DNA of 64,000 nt, taken from positions 13,517 to 77,516 of the IMG/VR virus record IMGVR_UViG_3300025655_000026; one strand, written 5' to 3'. The notes under the pieces are model-generated. The model saw nothing but the letters and a program-made list of their open reading frames with translations. It ran no database searches and was not told where the DNA came from. Both the position numbers and the translations under genes were made by a program. Of the stretch, positions 49,275 to 57,935 are shown in pieces (the first letter of the stretch is position 1; each line of letters begins with the position of its first letter). Origin of the DNA: a virus.

Positions 49275-50012
49275 TCATAAACTAAAATATGCATAAGTCA
49301 TTAGAGCAATAGCACCAAAAGCAGTAAGGCCATACTTGATTTTATCCATCGTTGTAATTCTATACATTCTATTCAATAGTTTTCTTAATTCTTTAATTGT
49401 ATAATGTTCCCATTCAATAACTTCATTTGTATTATCAGTAATATGGAAATGGAAACCATCAGTTACAATAAAACCATATTCGTTAATATTTGGAACTTCA
49501 TCAATGAATTCTTCAACCTGTTCCATTCCTTTATGTGAACGGTTTGGGGCTTCTGCCTCAACGAGCCATTTGAAATTCTTAGTTCCTGTTTTTTGAGTAA
49601 CTGTCAAAAGATAATCTAAATGTCTTTTCTTTCCACTAACTGTTGTAAAGGTTGGTTCTCTTGATGACTCAACTAAATAATCACTATTTGATTTATCAAA
49701 CAATTTAAAGAAAGGTTCAATCAAGGTTTCGCAAACTGCCGTTTCTGGTTTTACTGGATTAGTGAAATGACTACTATACATCATTCTACCATTAAGTAGC
49801 GCATCCTTACCTTCGTTTGTTAAAAGAGCCAAAAGAGGTTTGTTATTTTTATTATCTCCAAAAGAGTATCTTTTGGATTTCTTTCTAGACTCTTTTTTAC
49901 TTTTCATTTCTTCTAATTGCTCCGCTTCTTTCTTTTTAGAACAACTTCTAGAAGTGTGACCTTTGATGCCACAAAATCCACAAGTCATATCTTCTACTGT
50001 TATTTTTTTCAT
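49275..50012 (-). CDS. CCHC Zn-knuckle + HsdR-N-like PD-(D/E)xK domain + C-terminal TM helix
   Basis: CGFCGIKGHTSRSC; 'LDYLL...VEAE...Q...YGFIVTDG'; hydrophobic terminus. Confidence 0.55.
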   Translation of the reverse strand: MKKITVEDMTCGFCGIKGHTSRSCSKKKEAEQLEEMKSKKESRKKSKRYSFGDNKNNKPLLALLTNEGKDALLNGRMMYSSHFTNPVKPETAVCETLIEPFFKLFDKSNSDYLVESSREPTFTTVSGKKRHLDYLLTVTQKTGTKNFKWLVEAEAPNRSHKGMEQVEEFIDEVPNINEYGFIVTDGFHFHITDNTNEVIEWEHYTIKELRKLLNRMYRITTMDKIKYGLTAFGAIALMTYAYFSL

Positions 50013-50611
50013 TCTTCTTCACCTCTTATTTTTACAACATATCTATCTTGCTTGCGATGTAAAACACCATCAACATAAATGTCTAAATGATTAGGATTAG
50101 TTTTATCCCAATATCCATAGTGTCCTTCTCCTCCTAAGACATACGCACTTTGCATATTCAATTCCCAAATGTTAATTGTTCGCCAATCAGTTCCACTAAA
50201 ATACGCTGAACCAAATGGATGAGTATGAATCCAACACTTAATCGGCAACTTCATACCGATAAGATTAGATGGATTGATTGTCAAATAATCAACATATCCA
50301 GCCGTTCCAGTAGAAACAAAGATTTGATTCTTAGAATCAATTACTGCTTGAACCTCAAGCGCAGGTAAGATTTCAGTTGAAGCATACCAAATAGCCCTAT
50401 GAAAATCAAGGGTGTGTTCCATATCTTCAAATTCTTCTACTTTAGAAGTAGAAGAAATACCATGCACACAAAGAATCATGTCCCAAGCCTGTTCAATGTG
50501 ATTAATTGCTTCTAATCTTCGTTCATTCAGCATAGCAGTTTCCATGCGCCAAACATCATAGCCACTATCATCATCTTCATCATCAATTCCAATATTACCC
50601 ATTTTACTCAT
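50009..50611 (-). CDS. JAB/MPN+ (JAMM) metalloprotease
   Basis: Upstream Glu ('LEVQ') and 'WIHTHP....FS..D' JAMM motif. Confidence 0.85.
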   Translation of the reverse strand: MSKMGNIGIDDEDDDSGYDVWRMETAMLNERRLEAINHIEQAWDMILCVHGISSTSKVEEFEDMEHTLDFHRAIWYASTEILPALEVQAVIDSKNQIFVSTGTAGYVDYLTINPSNLIGMKLPIKCWIHTHPFGSAYFSGTDWRTINIWELNMQSAYVLGGEGHYGYWDKTNPNHLDIYVDGVLHRKQDRYVVKIRGEEE

Positions 50612-50621
50612 TTTATTCACC

Positions 50622-51176
50622 TCAAACATTTACCATTTTAAATTCGGGAACTTCTTCCTCATTAAACCAACGCTGAATCCATTGTGCGCCCATTCCAGCA
50701 ACAGTAACCTGCATAAAATGCACACCTGTATTAGAACCATCCCATGAATCCCCTTGACAACTAAAAGACCTAGAAGAATCTCCTGCCAATAAAGAATCAT
50801 ATTGTGATGGGTTTGCTTGATAGGAAACTAACACACAATTTCTTCCCTGCGCTCTCAAATCTAACCACTTTACTTTAGAATTATAGAGTGTCTTTCTTAA
50901 TCCTAAGTTATCTACACAACAAACAACCAAATCATATCCTTGAAGTTGTTTTTCAGTCAGGATAGGATAACAACTGGTGCTAAAAACAGAAGAATACTTA
51001 TTCATGTATTCTGCTTTATTTTTACCAACATTCATTTCAAAGTTTTGATATGGTAAATTCTTTTCTTCAATCTTATCGGGGTCTGCTACTGCAATATTAT
51101 ACAAACCTACTCTATCTAATAGAGGAATTAGGAAACTCCCAATACCTCCTGCTCCAATAACTAATACTTTTCTCAT
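50622..51176 (-). CDS. ThiF/MoeB/E1-like adenylyltransferase (minimal)
   Basis: 'VLVIGAGGIGS', 'D.D.IE..NL..Q', 'VG.NKA', 'CVDN...R', 'WLD'. Confidence 0.88.
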   Translation of the reverse strand: MRKVLVIGAGGIGSFLIPLLDRVGLYNIAVADPDKIEEKNLPYQNFEMNVGKNKAEYMNKYSSVFSTSCYPILTEKQLQGYDLVVCCVDNLGLRKTLYNSKVKWLDLRAQGRNCVLVSYQANPSQYDSLLAGDSSRSFSCQGDSWDGSNTGVHFMQVTVAGMGAQWIQRWFNEEEVPEFKMVNV

Positions 51177-51178
51177 TT

Positions 51179-51439
51179 TCATTCCTCCTCTCTTGTCTTT
51201 TTCCATTCTTCGTGAACTCTTCCTAAACTATAAGCGGTTTGCATAATCTGTCCGATAAGTTTTGCTAAAAGTTCTTGCGTTTCGGGTGAATACCCCATCA
51301 TATACATTCTTGTAGCCGTTACAAAATTATTACAATCTCTACAAACCCTATCTTCAAAATTAGGAAGAAGAGGTTGTGGGTTATTTCCTTCGTATTCTTC
51401 CATTTCTTTATTACATAATTTACAATTAATCATTTTCAT
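51179..51439 (-). CDS. Zn-finger protein (C..C...GNNP.P...C..CN)
   Basis: Motif as given. Confidence 0.55.
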   Translation of the reverse strand: MKMINCKLCNKEMEEYEGNNPQPLLPNFEDRVCRDCNNFVTATRMYMMGYSPETQELLAKLIGQIMQTAYSLGRVHEEWKKTREEE

Positions 51440-51699
51440 TCTCTCCTTCCTGCATGTGGTAAATCTACTTCATTAATTTCCCAAACTTTTCCTTCGTCAA
51501 TTAGAGGTTGTAGTTCACCCATCCAAAAAGAACCCCATTCATTCTCAAAGCCTTGAACATATCCAAAATACAATGGGTGTCCTCCATAATCTTCTTCATC
51601 TATTTCAGTCACAAACCAATACCAACCGCTAAACGATTCATACCCTTTTATGACTTCTTTATTATTAACATACAATTTTCCATTTTTAGTATTCAACAT
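51436..51699 (-). CDS. DUF2958-like protein
   Basis: 'W.WFVTE.D...FGYVQG.ENEWG.F...EL'. Confidence 0.6.
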   Translation of the reverse strand: MLNTKNGKLYVNNKEVIKGYESFSGWYWFVTEIDEEDYGGHPLYFGYVQGFENEWGSFWMGELQPLIDEGKVWEINEVDLPHAGRRE

Positions 51700-51871
51700 T
51701 TTTATTCCTCCTTTCTATATTGTTTTGGAATGCATCGGTCATTGTGAAAAATGAATAATTCATTTTTTATTACAACCAATCTAGCACATTCTCTACAAAT
51801 ATATTTTTCACAGGTTTCACAATCGCACATTGTTGTGCCTACTGTTCCGCATTTACATATTTCATTCATAT

Positions 51872-52675
51872 TTACACCTCATTTATTTTTCCTTTCATTT
51901 GTTTTGTTTCCTTAAAACCAAGAAGAACACATAATTCATTACCTTTCACCTTGATTGTTTGGGCAGGAACACCCGTTTTCTCCGATATTTCTTTTTGAGA
52001 AAGAGGAGAGTTCAATAGAAGCGAAGCAAACCAACAAATCGTTGCATAGTATGCTTTACCTCTCACAAAATATTGCTCATCAAAATCAGTTTCAAGTTTA
52101 GTGAGAACTTTCTTACATGCATTCTCAAACTCTAATCCCAAATTGAATTTGTTAAGTTCTTTACCTAAAGAGAAGTCATGATTCACAATAGAACAATTTC
52201 TATTACCATACACTTGATTGATTTTACGAACTATGTTTCTTACTATCTTAGGATTGCTAGAATACTCCGAACAAACTTCATGCATAGTAAACGGAGTATT
52301 GTTTTCCTTAAGAACATAGTAAACAACTGCGCTGGCTCTATCTTCTAAACTCTTAGAGGTTAGGAGATTCTTATTGTGAGCATCAACATATACTTTAGCC
52401 ACTCTATCTTTCAAATTCAATTGGGGGGCAATAGCATTTAATGCCATATTACAGAAATGTATTCCTTTTTTGATATGTCTAGGAATATCATTTGTAGTTC
52501 CTACTACACCATTATCAATAGAATGAATAGCGTAGCCATCTTGAACGAGAAGAACAGTTTGTTCAAATGGTTCAGTCACAATAACTAGACCGCAATCATC
52601 ACAAACTGATTCTCCTAATCGCTCATTAAAATGTTTATTTTCACCTTTGCATTCGGGGCAAACCATTATTATCAT
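51872..52675 (-). CDS. tfb: transcription initiation factor IIB (TFB) homologue
   Basis: CPEC...GE.VC..CGLV Zn ribbon plus two cyclin-like repeats ('ASAVVYY', 'LSQKEISE.TGV...TI'). Confidence 0.85.
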   Translation of the reverse strand: MIIMVCPECKGENKHFNERLGESVCDDCGLVIVTEPFEQTVLLVQDGYAIHSIDNGVVGTTNDIPRHIKKGIHFCNMALNAIAPQLNLKDRVAKVYVDAHNKNLLTSKSLEDRASAVVYYVLKENNTPFTMHEVCSEYSSNPKIVRNIVRKINQVYGNRNCSIVNHDFSLGKELNKFNLGLEFENACKKVLTKLETDFDEQYFVRGKAYYATICWFASLLLNSPLSQKEISEKTGVPAQTIKVKGNELCVLLGFKETKQMKGKINEV

Positions 52676-53786
52676 CTCTCACTTCTATATTTGGCATATA
52701 AGATTTAATTGTTGAAACCATATTAACAACAACATGGTCATTAAGTAAGGCTAATGCTCTAGCAACAAATTGGTCGCCAATAGATGAATTGGTATTCAAA
52801 TTATCAATACAAATCGGCCCACGATAAACAGGGTTAGAATCAGCATCAATTCCATAAACATAAGTAGCAACATCTTGCCTTCCGCCAGAACTACGAGTTT
52901 TAGCCGTTAGTTTCCAATCTGCTATTTTACCACGAACACTTAAGGCCGTAACAAAACCAGTTTCATCCTTTTCAGCAAAAAGCCTATCGGGATATTTCTT
53001 AACCATTTCATCAACTAATTCTCTCGCTCTCTTCTCAACTAAATCAGCCGTTCTGTTTTGAAGAAGAAAACTCTTCATCACTTTGACTTCGGAAGCAAGA
53101 GGTTCTTTACCAACAGTTTTGATATAGAGTTCTTTAGGAGAAATATAAGACCAATTACTACGCTTAGAATCAAAACGATAAGCATTACAAAAAGCATCTA
53201 AGTCTTTAAAGGACATATTGCCCCAAATACCATCACTCACTTCAATGGCTACTGCGTTATCATCAATTAATTGAACATTAAGTCGCACTTCATGTTTTTC
53301 ATAGTCATGCCAAAAAACAAAAGGCGCACGATTCTCAAGAGCATAGGCTACATTTTCGGGCATTTTGTTTAATTTACCTAAATACACTAATAACTTAGTT
53401 CCGTCTTTTTCACGAATAGCCTTTGAAAACATTCTAGCGAGAATTGATTTAGCATTGGCTACACTATGTTTTACACCATTAATTGAAACCTTAGTATCAT
53501 GACTAAGTAAAATAGGACAACCATACAAATTAATTACAAAGTTGTCTAATTCCTTAAGACCACTATAATTAGAATATCTTCTATAAGTTCTTTTTCTAGG
53601 AAACAAATAATTTCCAAAGAAATTGGCTAGACCATCTAAAATAGGGTCATTTCCAACAACTCTATCAACAGAAAGAGGAATAGTTCTATTACCAAATATA
53701 TTAGTAGAATTACAAGTAAATTGAATTCTATACGAACTATTATTATCATCGGGGGTTGGTATTATCATTTCATATTCTTTTGTCAT
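52641..53786 (-). CDS. hypothetical protein, candidate E2-like conjugating enzyme
   Basis: C-terminal 'NPVYRGPICIDNL' resembles the UBC active-site motif; lies between the Ubl and E1/JAB genes. Confidence 0.4.
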   Translation of the reverse strand: MTKEYEMIIPTPDDNNSSYRIQFTCNSTNIFGNRTIPLSVDRVVGNDPILDGLANFFGNYLFPRKRTYRRYSNYSGLKELDNFVINLYGCPILLSHDTKVSINGVKHSVANAKSILARMFSKAIREKDGTKLLVYLGKLNKMPENVAYALENRAPFVFWHDYEKHEVRLNVQLIDDNAVAIEVSDGIWGNMSFKDLDAFCNAYRFDSKRSNWSYISPKELYIKTVGKEPLASEVKVMKSFLLQNRTADLVEKRARELVDEMVKKYPDRLFAEKDETGFVTALSVRGKIADWKLTAKTRSSGGRQDVATYVYGIDADSNPVYRGPICIDNLNTNSSIGDQFVARALALLNDHVVVNMVSTIKSYMPNIEVRDDNNGLPRMQR

Positions 53787-53955
53787 ATTATCACATCATA
53801 TACATATTGCTTTTATCTTTATTACATTTCTCATGTATTTCTTTTTTTATTTCATAGGACTCAAGTAATTGTCCTCCGCAAACTCTACAACGAGTTGCTA
53901 TTCTATTTTTGTGCGCTCTAATGCTAGACACATATTCGGGGTTTTTTTCTTTCAT

Positions 53956-54213
53956 CTAAACACCTATTTTTTCTAAATCACTACAAATTATACAAGGCGA
54001 GTCGCAGTTCCTCGCATGATAGCGTAAAGCATCTTCTATTTCTTTAGTTCGCCTTTTAATATAAAGAGCGAATCCTTCGTCAATCGCCATCGGGTAATTC
54101 CAAAGTTTTTGATAGATAAGTTGTGTTATCACAAGAGTATCATCAGTTTCTTGGATAAAAGAGTCTGATTGGTGAATTTTACAATAAAGAATTTTAAGAG
54201 CATTTAGATGCAC
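53956..54213 (-). CDS. hypothetical protein (start uncertain)
   Basis: Ends H..NC...C..C. Confidence 0.35.
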   Translation of the reverse strand: MHLNALKILYCKIHQSDSFIQETDDTLVITQLIYQKLWNYPMAIDEGFALYIKRRTKEIEDALRYHARNCDSPCIICSDLEKIGV

Positions 54214-54275
54214 TTAAATCAATCCTTTATTTTAAACTCCACATAAAATTATTGAACAGTTAATAAAGGAAGTAT

Positions 54276-54310
54276 TGGGGAGAGAGTAATTGGACTTTAC
54301 TCTCTCCCCA
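54276..54310. terminator. perfect 14-bp hairpin downstream of the Ubl gene
   Basis: TGGGGAGAGAGTAA-n7-TTACTCTCTCCCCA. Confidence 0.6.
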
Positions 54311-54342
54311 CTTCGCTTAAGGATAAGGCTACACTATGGAAT

Positions 54343-54549
54343 TTAGTAGCAACCTCCTACAATTGCTGGAGTTAGGTCTACTGATTCCACCGCATCCCAA
54401 TTAATTTCGTTAATGTTTTGACGAGAAACGAGTTCTCCATCAACGAATAGCCAATGGGTAGGATGGCTATCAATTTGTTCAATGACTTCGGAAACTTCCA
54501 AAGTCAATTCTGTGTGGCCTGTTTCATTCAAAATTCGCATAGTAATCAT
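54343..54549 (-). CDS. ubiquitin-like beta-grasp protein (ThiS/MoaD/SAMP type) ending GG-CY
   Basis: 'LFVDGELV...VDLTPAIVGG' + CY; TATA-like TTTTTATA upstream on the - strand (about 54583-54590). Confidence 0.75.
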   Translation of the reverse strand: MITMRILNETGHTELTLEVSEVIEQIDSHPTHWLFVDGELVSRQNINEINWDAVESVDLTPAIVGGCY

Positions 54550-54717
54550 AATATCACCTTTATTACTTCCATATTCCTTATCCTATAAAAAGGGTTCATA
54601 AGTATTCACCCTTTCCTTCACCTATTTCGTCTAAGTTTTCAGCCAGCAATCCCCATAAGGGGAGTCCAATTGCTAACCCAACTCCAACTAATACTGCACC
54701 TTTCAATATTTTTCCAA

Positions 54718-54957
54718 TCATTCTTCATCACCGCATTCTGTTGGCTCTCCAATCATACCTTCAACAATAGCACCATCACTAAAATGTTGCTCAACAACAT
54801 AACAGTTATCGTGGTTATCCAAACGATAAACACGCATTGATGCGAGATTTCCGATGTATTCTTTTCTGTTCCATTCGTAACAATCCCCACAACAATCCTC
54901 AAGACATTTATCCCAATTTACTGTGTGCCATGTTTCTTCAATTTTAATCTTCGTCAT
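54718..54957 (-). CDS. hypothetical protein
   Basis: Coupled ORF. Confidence 0.5.
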   Translation of the reverse strand: MTKIKIEETWHTVNWDKCLEDCCGDCYEWNRKEYIGNLASMRVYRLDNHDNCYVVEQHFSDGAIVEGMIGEPTECGDEE

Positions 54958-55262
54958 TCTTCATCACTCTCCATTGAATCACATATTGCACAAGGATGGC
55001 TCAAGTATTCGCACCATCCTTCGTCGTGAAACCAAATGTGTGCATCATGGTCAAAGTCCATCTGCAACCCATCTATCATCCGATACAGTCGTTTGACTTC
55101 TTGAAGAAGAAGTGGTGCGTCTGCGACGATTTGTGCAACAGCCTTATCGTGGAGTTGGTCGGTGATGTGGTAGTCTCCATTCGCACCTCTTTGGAAAAGT
55201 TCTCCGTCAATCACCACCAATCTGCATTTGCTATCCCATTCGTATTTGTCTGTGTCAATCAT
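54954..55262 (-). CDS. hypothetical protein (IADAP.LL.EV.RL family)
   Basis: 'IVADAPLLLQEVKRL'. Confidence 0.55.
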   Translation of the reverse strand: MIDTDKYEWDSKCRLVVIDGELFQRGANGDYHITDQLHDKAVAQIVADAPLLLQEVKRLYRMIDGLQMDFDHDAHIWFHDEGWCEYLSHPCAICDSMESDEE

Positions 55263-56407
55263 TCTTTATCACCTTTTGTTATCTCTTCAATACGCCTTAA
55301 GTCAGACCTGTCTAAATTCTTCATGTCACTATTGATGTAACGATGTAAAGTTCTCAAATCATGAAGGGAGAGATTAGGATTGATATTCTGCCAGTTAATA
55401 GGTTCTAGACCATAGTATTCTATCATCTTATCTGCTTTAGAACCATGTGTTGCCATATGCAACAACAAATCGTTCCTTTCCCTTGCTTCGGCTTTCTTTC
55501 TTTTAATCTCTCTTTGCCTTGCTTCTTCTTCCCAAATGGGGCGCATCTTCTCTTCGTAGGCTTTTCGCTCAAGTTCCCGTTGTCGTTGTATTTCCGCATA
55601 TTCAGCCTGTCTTCGGGCTTCTTCTTCTTGACGAATTCTTTGTTGCTCGGCAACTTGAGCAATTCTTTCTTCTCTAGCCAACTTTTCAGCCTGTAATTGG
55701 TCATTAAGACCAGTAAGACACTTAATGTAAAATACACTCAAATCATACATGAGTTTCTCATTAGGATAGCCTCTTGAATTAATTTGCGCTCTAGAGTTAT
55801 CGGGATGATTCCAACGCCAAACAATAGAAGCCATTTCATCTGTTGGTGATGCTTTCTTAATTAATTTGTAGACTGGTTCATTCCTTTTAGTGCCATAGTT
55901 GTATTTCCAATCCTTAACCTTAGTGTTATAGCGAAGGTCTGCTTCTTTGACAGTATTAAACATCAATTCAAACGATTTACCATTTTCAGCCCACCATGCT
56001 TCGGCTTTCATTCCTTTAACACGGACATTTAACCATTGTTGAATCAATTCTTCTGTAATCTCATCAGGCCTCATACCAGTTTCTTTGGCAATAGCCCGAA
56101 TAATCAAGTAAGAGTTAATGTGGTCGCTTCCAACAATATCTTCATTGCCGTTTTCTGTATTTTGAATACGGAAATGATAAACAATATCGTGGCCACAAAG
56201 ACACTTCATTGGATGATTGTTTTGTTGAACCCATGTAGGAATGTTATCTGTTTGACCACGCCACCAAACATCTCCAGTAGCAATCCATTCTTTGTGGGCT
56301 TCTTCATAATCATTAGAAACAGAAAGAGCAACCATATTTGTTACCAATTTCTTATCCCAATGAGAAGTTCCTAATCTTCGCTTTGCCATTGTCATTTCAT
56401 CAGTCAT
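55259..56407 (-). CDS. hypothetical protein with CLCGH/GSDH metal motif and charged coiled coil
   Basis: Motifs as given; E/R/Q-rich helix. Confidence 0.65.
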   Translation of the reverse strand: MTDEMTMAKRRLGTSHWDKKLVTNMVALSVSNDYEEAHKEWIATGDVWWRGQTDNIPTWVQQNNHPMKCLCGHDIVYHFRIQNTENGNEDIVGSDHINSYLIIRAIAKETGMRPDEITEELIQQWLNVRVKGMKAEAWWAENGKSFELMFNTVKEADLRYNTKVKDWKYNYGTKRNEPVYKLIKKASPTDEMASIVWRWNHPDNSRAQINSRGYPNEKLMYDLSVFYIKCLTGLNDQLQAEKLAREERIAQVAEQQRIRQEEEARRQAEYAEIQRQRELERKAYEEKMRPIWEEEARQREIKRKKAEARERNDLLLHMATHGSKADKMIEYYGLEPINWQNINPNLSLHDLRTLHRYINSDMKNLDRSDLRRIEEITKGDKE

Positions 56408-56409
56408 TT

Positions 56410-56652
56410 TTATTCCTCCATAAATTCTCTTTCTTCTTTTTGGAAGGTATATTGTTCTTCCAAATAAGCAGTTAAGATATTATCCATTTCTCCTTGAAGG
56501 GATTCTGTAATCCCTGCAATTATTCGTCTATTTAGACTAATCCAAAGTTTGTGATAAGTATTCAACACAACTTTAGGTTCGCCAGTATCGCCTCCAGTAA
56601 TAATTATCGCTGGAAGTTCGCTATCTTCTACAATTCTAAATTCTACTTGCAT
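56410..56652 (-). CDS. hypothetical protein
   Basis: AGGAG SD. Confidence 0.55.
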   Translation of the reverse strand: MQVEFRIVEDSELPAIIITGGDTGEPKVVLNTYHKLWISLNRRIIAGITESLQGEMDNILTAYLEEQYTFQKEEREFMEE

Positions 56653-56670
56653 TTTAATTTCTCCTTTGAG

Positions 56671-56745
56671 TGGTAGGCATGACAGGAATTGAACCCGTAT
56701 CTTCGGCTTAGAAGGCCAAAATGCTATCCATTACACCACATGCCC
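56671..56745 (-). tRNA. tRNA-Arg (anticodon UCU), CCA encoded
   Basis: GGGCATG acceptor / D-arm TGGTGTAATGGATAGCA / anticodon arm TTGGC CTTCTAA GCCGA / GGTTCAATTCC / CATGCCTACCA. Confidence 0.93.
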
Positions 56746-56754
56746 TTTATGTTC

Positions 56755-57051
56755 TTAGCAAACTGTGTTTGCATATAGCAATAGCGATTCTTTTTGCTTT
56801 GCTACAATATATTGTTCTAGATATGAATACTCTCTATCCATAATGTGAGCATTCTTCACAATGTTTTCAGCAACCAATAGTGCCAACCTTTGTGGGCTGG
56901 TATTCACAATCAGTTTTGAAACCTTTTGAATAAGTTCCTGCTCATGTTGCTTTTCACTTTCACATGACCAACATGGTTCTCGCACATTCATATCATGACT
57001 GCTATCAAAGCGGTCAATATATCCTTTATCATTACAATCATTACATTTCAT
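56755..57051 (-). CDS. Zn-finger protein
   Basis: CNDC...G...PCWSC. Confidence 0.55.
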   Translation of the reverse strand: MKCNDCNDKGYIDRFDSSHDMNVREPCWSCESEKQHEQELIQKVSKLIVNTSPQRLALLVAENIVKNAHIMDREYSYLEQYIVAKQKESLLLYANTVC

Positions 57052-57055
57052 ATTA

Positions 57056-57682
57056 TCACCTTAATCGTTGCATTATTCTTTCTCTTCTTTTTCTTTCTAT
57101 TTCATTACCATATGTAAAGTCAAACCATGCTGGCGCATCACGCTTTTTCCATGATGCAAAAGCATACTTTCCTTTAATGTAGTAGTTTTGATAACATTCA
57201 ATGACATAATCCCAATCACCGAGATTAGGATTGTCAATGAAGTATTGTTCACGGTCTAAACGATAGACATTATCCATCGCAATATTGAGTGGTGTCATAT
57301 CAACAGGGTTAAAATCAAAGGTAACACTATCTAAGATACGCTTTTGTGAACCATGTTCTTTACCATAGCGATAAGTATATTCTTCGCAAAGAGCAAGCGC
57401 ATGTTGATACAACCACATATAGTTGGCTTTTGTTTCTCTAGCCCAAATTGTGCTAGGATGGTTAAGCATGGCTGGCTTCATTAAGTAGCGATAGTGCGAC
57501 TTAGCATGAAACTCTTTGAGTTCTTTGAGAGAAGGCTCTCGCTGATGTGCTGAAACAAACATGAAGTAAAGCATGTTTGTGTGCAACATTTGACAACTTT
57601 CAGTTGGCATTTTAACTACATGCTTATCTATCAATTGTTGCGCTGATGTTACAGGATTACTAGATACTGCAAAAATATTCAT
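57056..57682 (-). CDS. pyrimidine-dimer DNA glycosylase (DenV-like) family protein
   Basis: 'MNIF...DKHVVKM..E..QML', 'HPSTIW.R....NY.WL', 'EY..RYGK.H'. Confidence 0.75.
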   Translation of the reverse strand: MNIFAVSSNPVTSAQQLIDKHVVKMPTESCQMLHTNMLYFMFVSAHQREPSLKELKEFHAKSHYRYLMKPAMLNHPSTIWARETKANYMWLYQHALALCEEYTYRYGKEHGSQKRILDSVTFDFNPVDMTPLNIAMDNVYRLDREQYFIDNPNLGDWDYVIECYQNYYIKGKYAFASWKKRDAPAWFDFTYGNEIERKRRERIMQRLR

Positions 57683-57935
57683 GCTTTCACCTTCCTTGAA
57701 ATAAGGTAGGCTTGGTAGTAAGGAACGCCATTGGCTACCAATTGTTTATAGAATTCCGCTTGTTTATTCCTTGTTGAAATATCCCGTTTAAGATATTCGG
57801 GTTTCCAGATACTATTATTTTTAATCATTTTAATCACCATTAAGAATGGGCTTTGCACCCATTCGGAAGTCAATTTCTCCACCTAGTTCACTTCTACACT
57901 AGGTAAGGAGGCGATACCACAGCCTTTGGAGTTAT

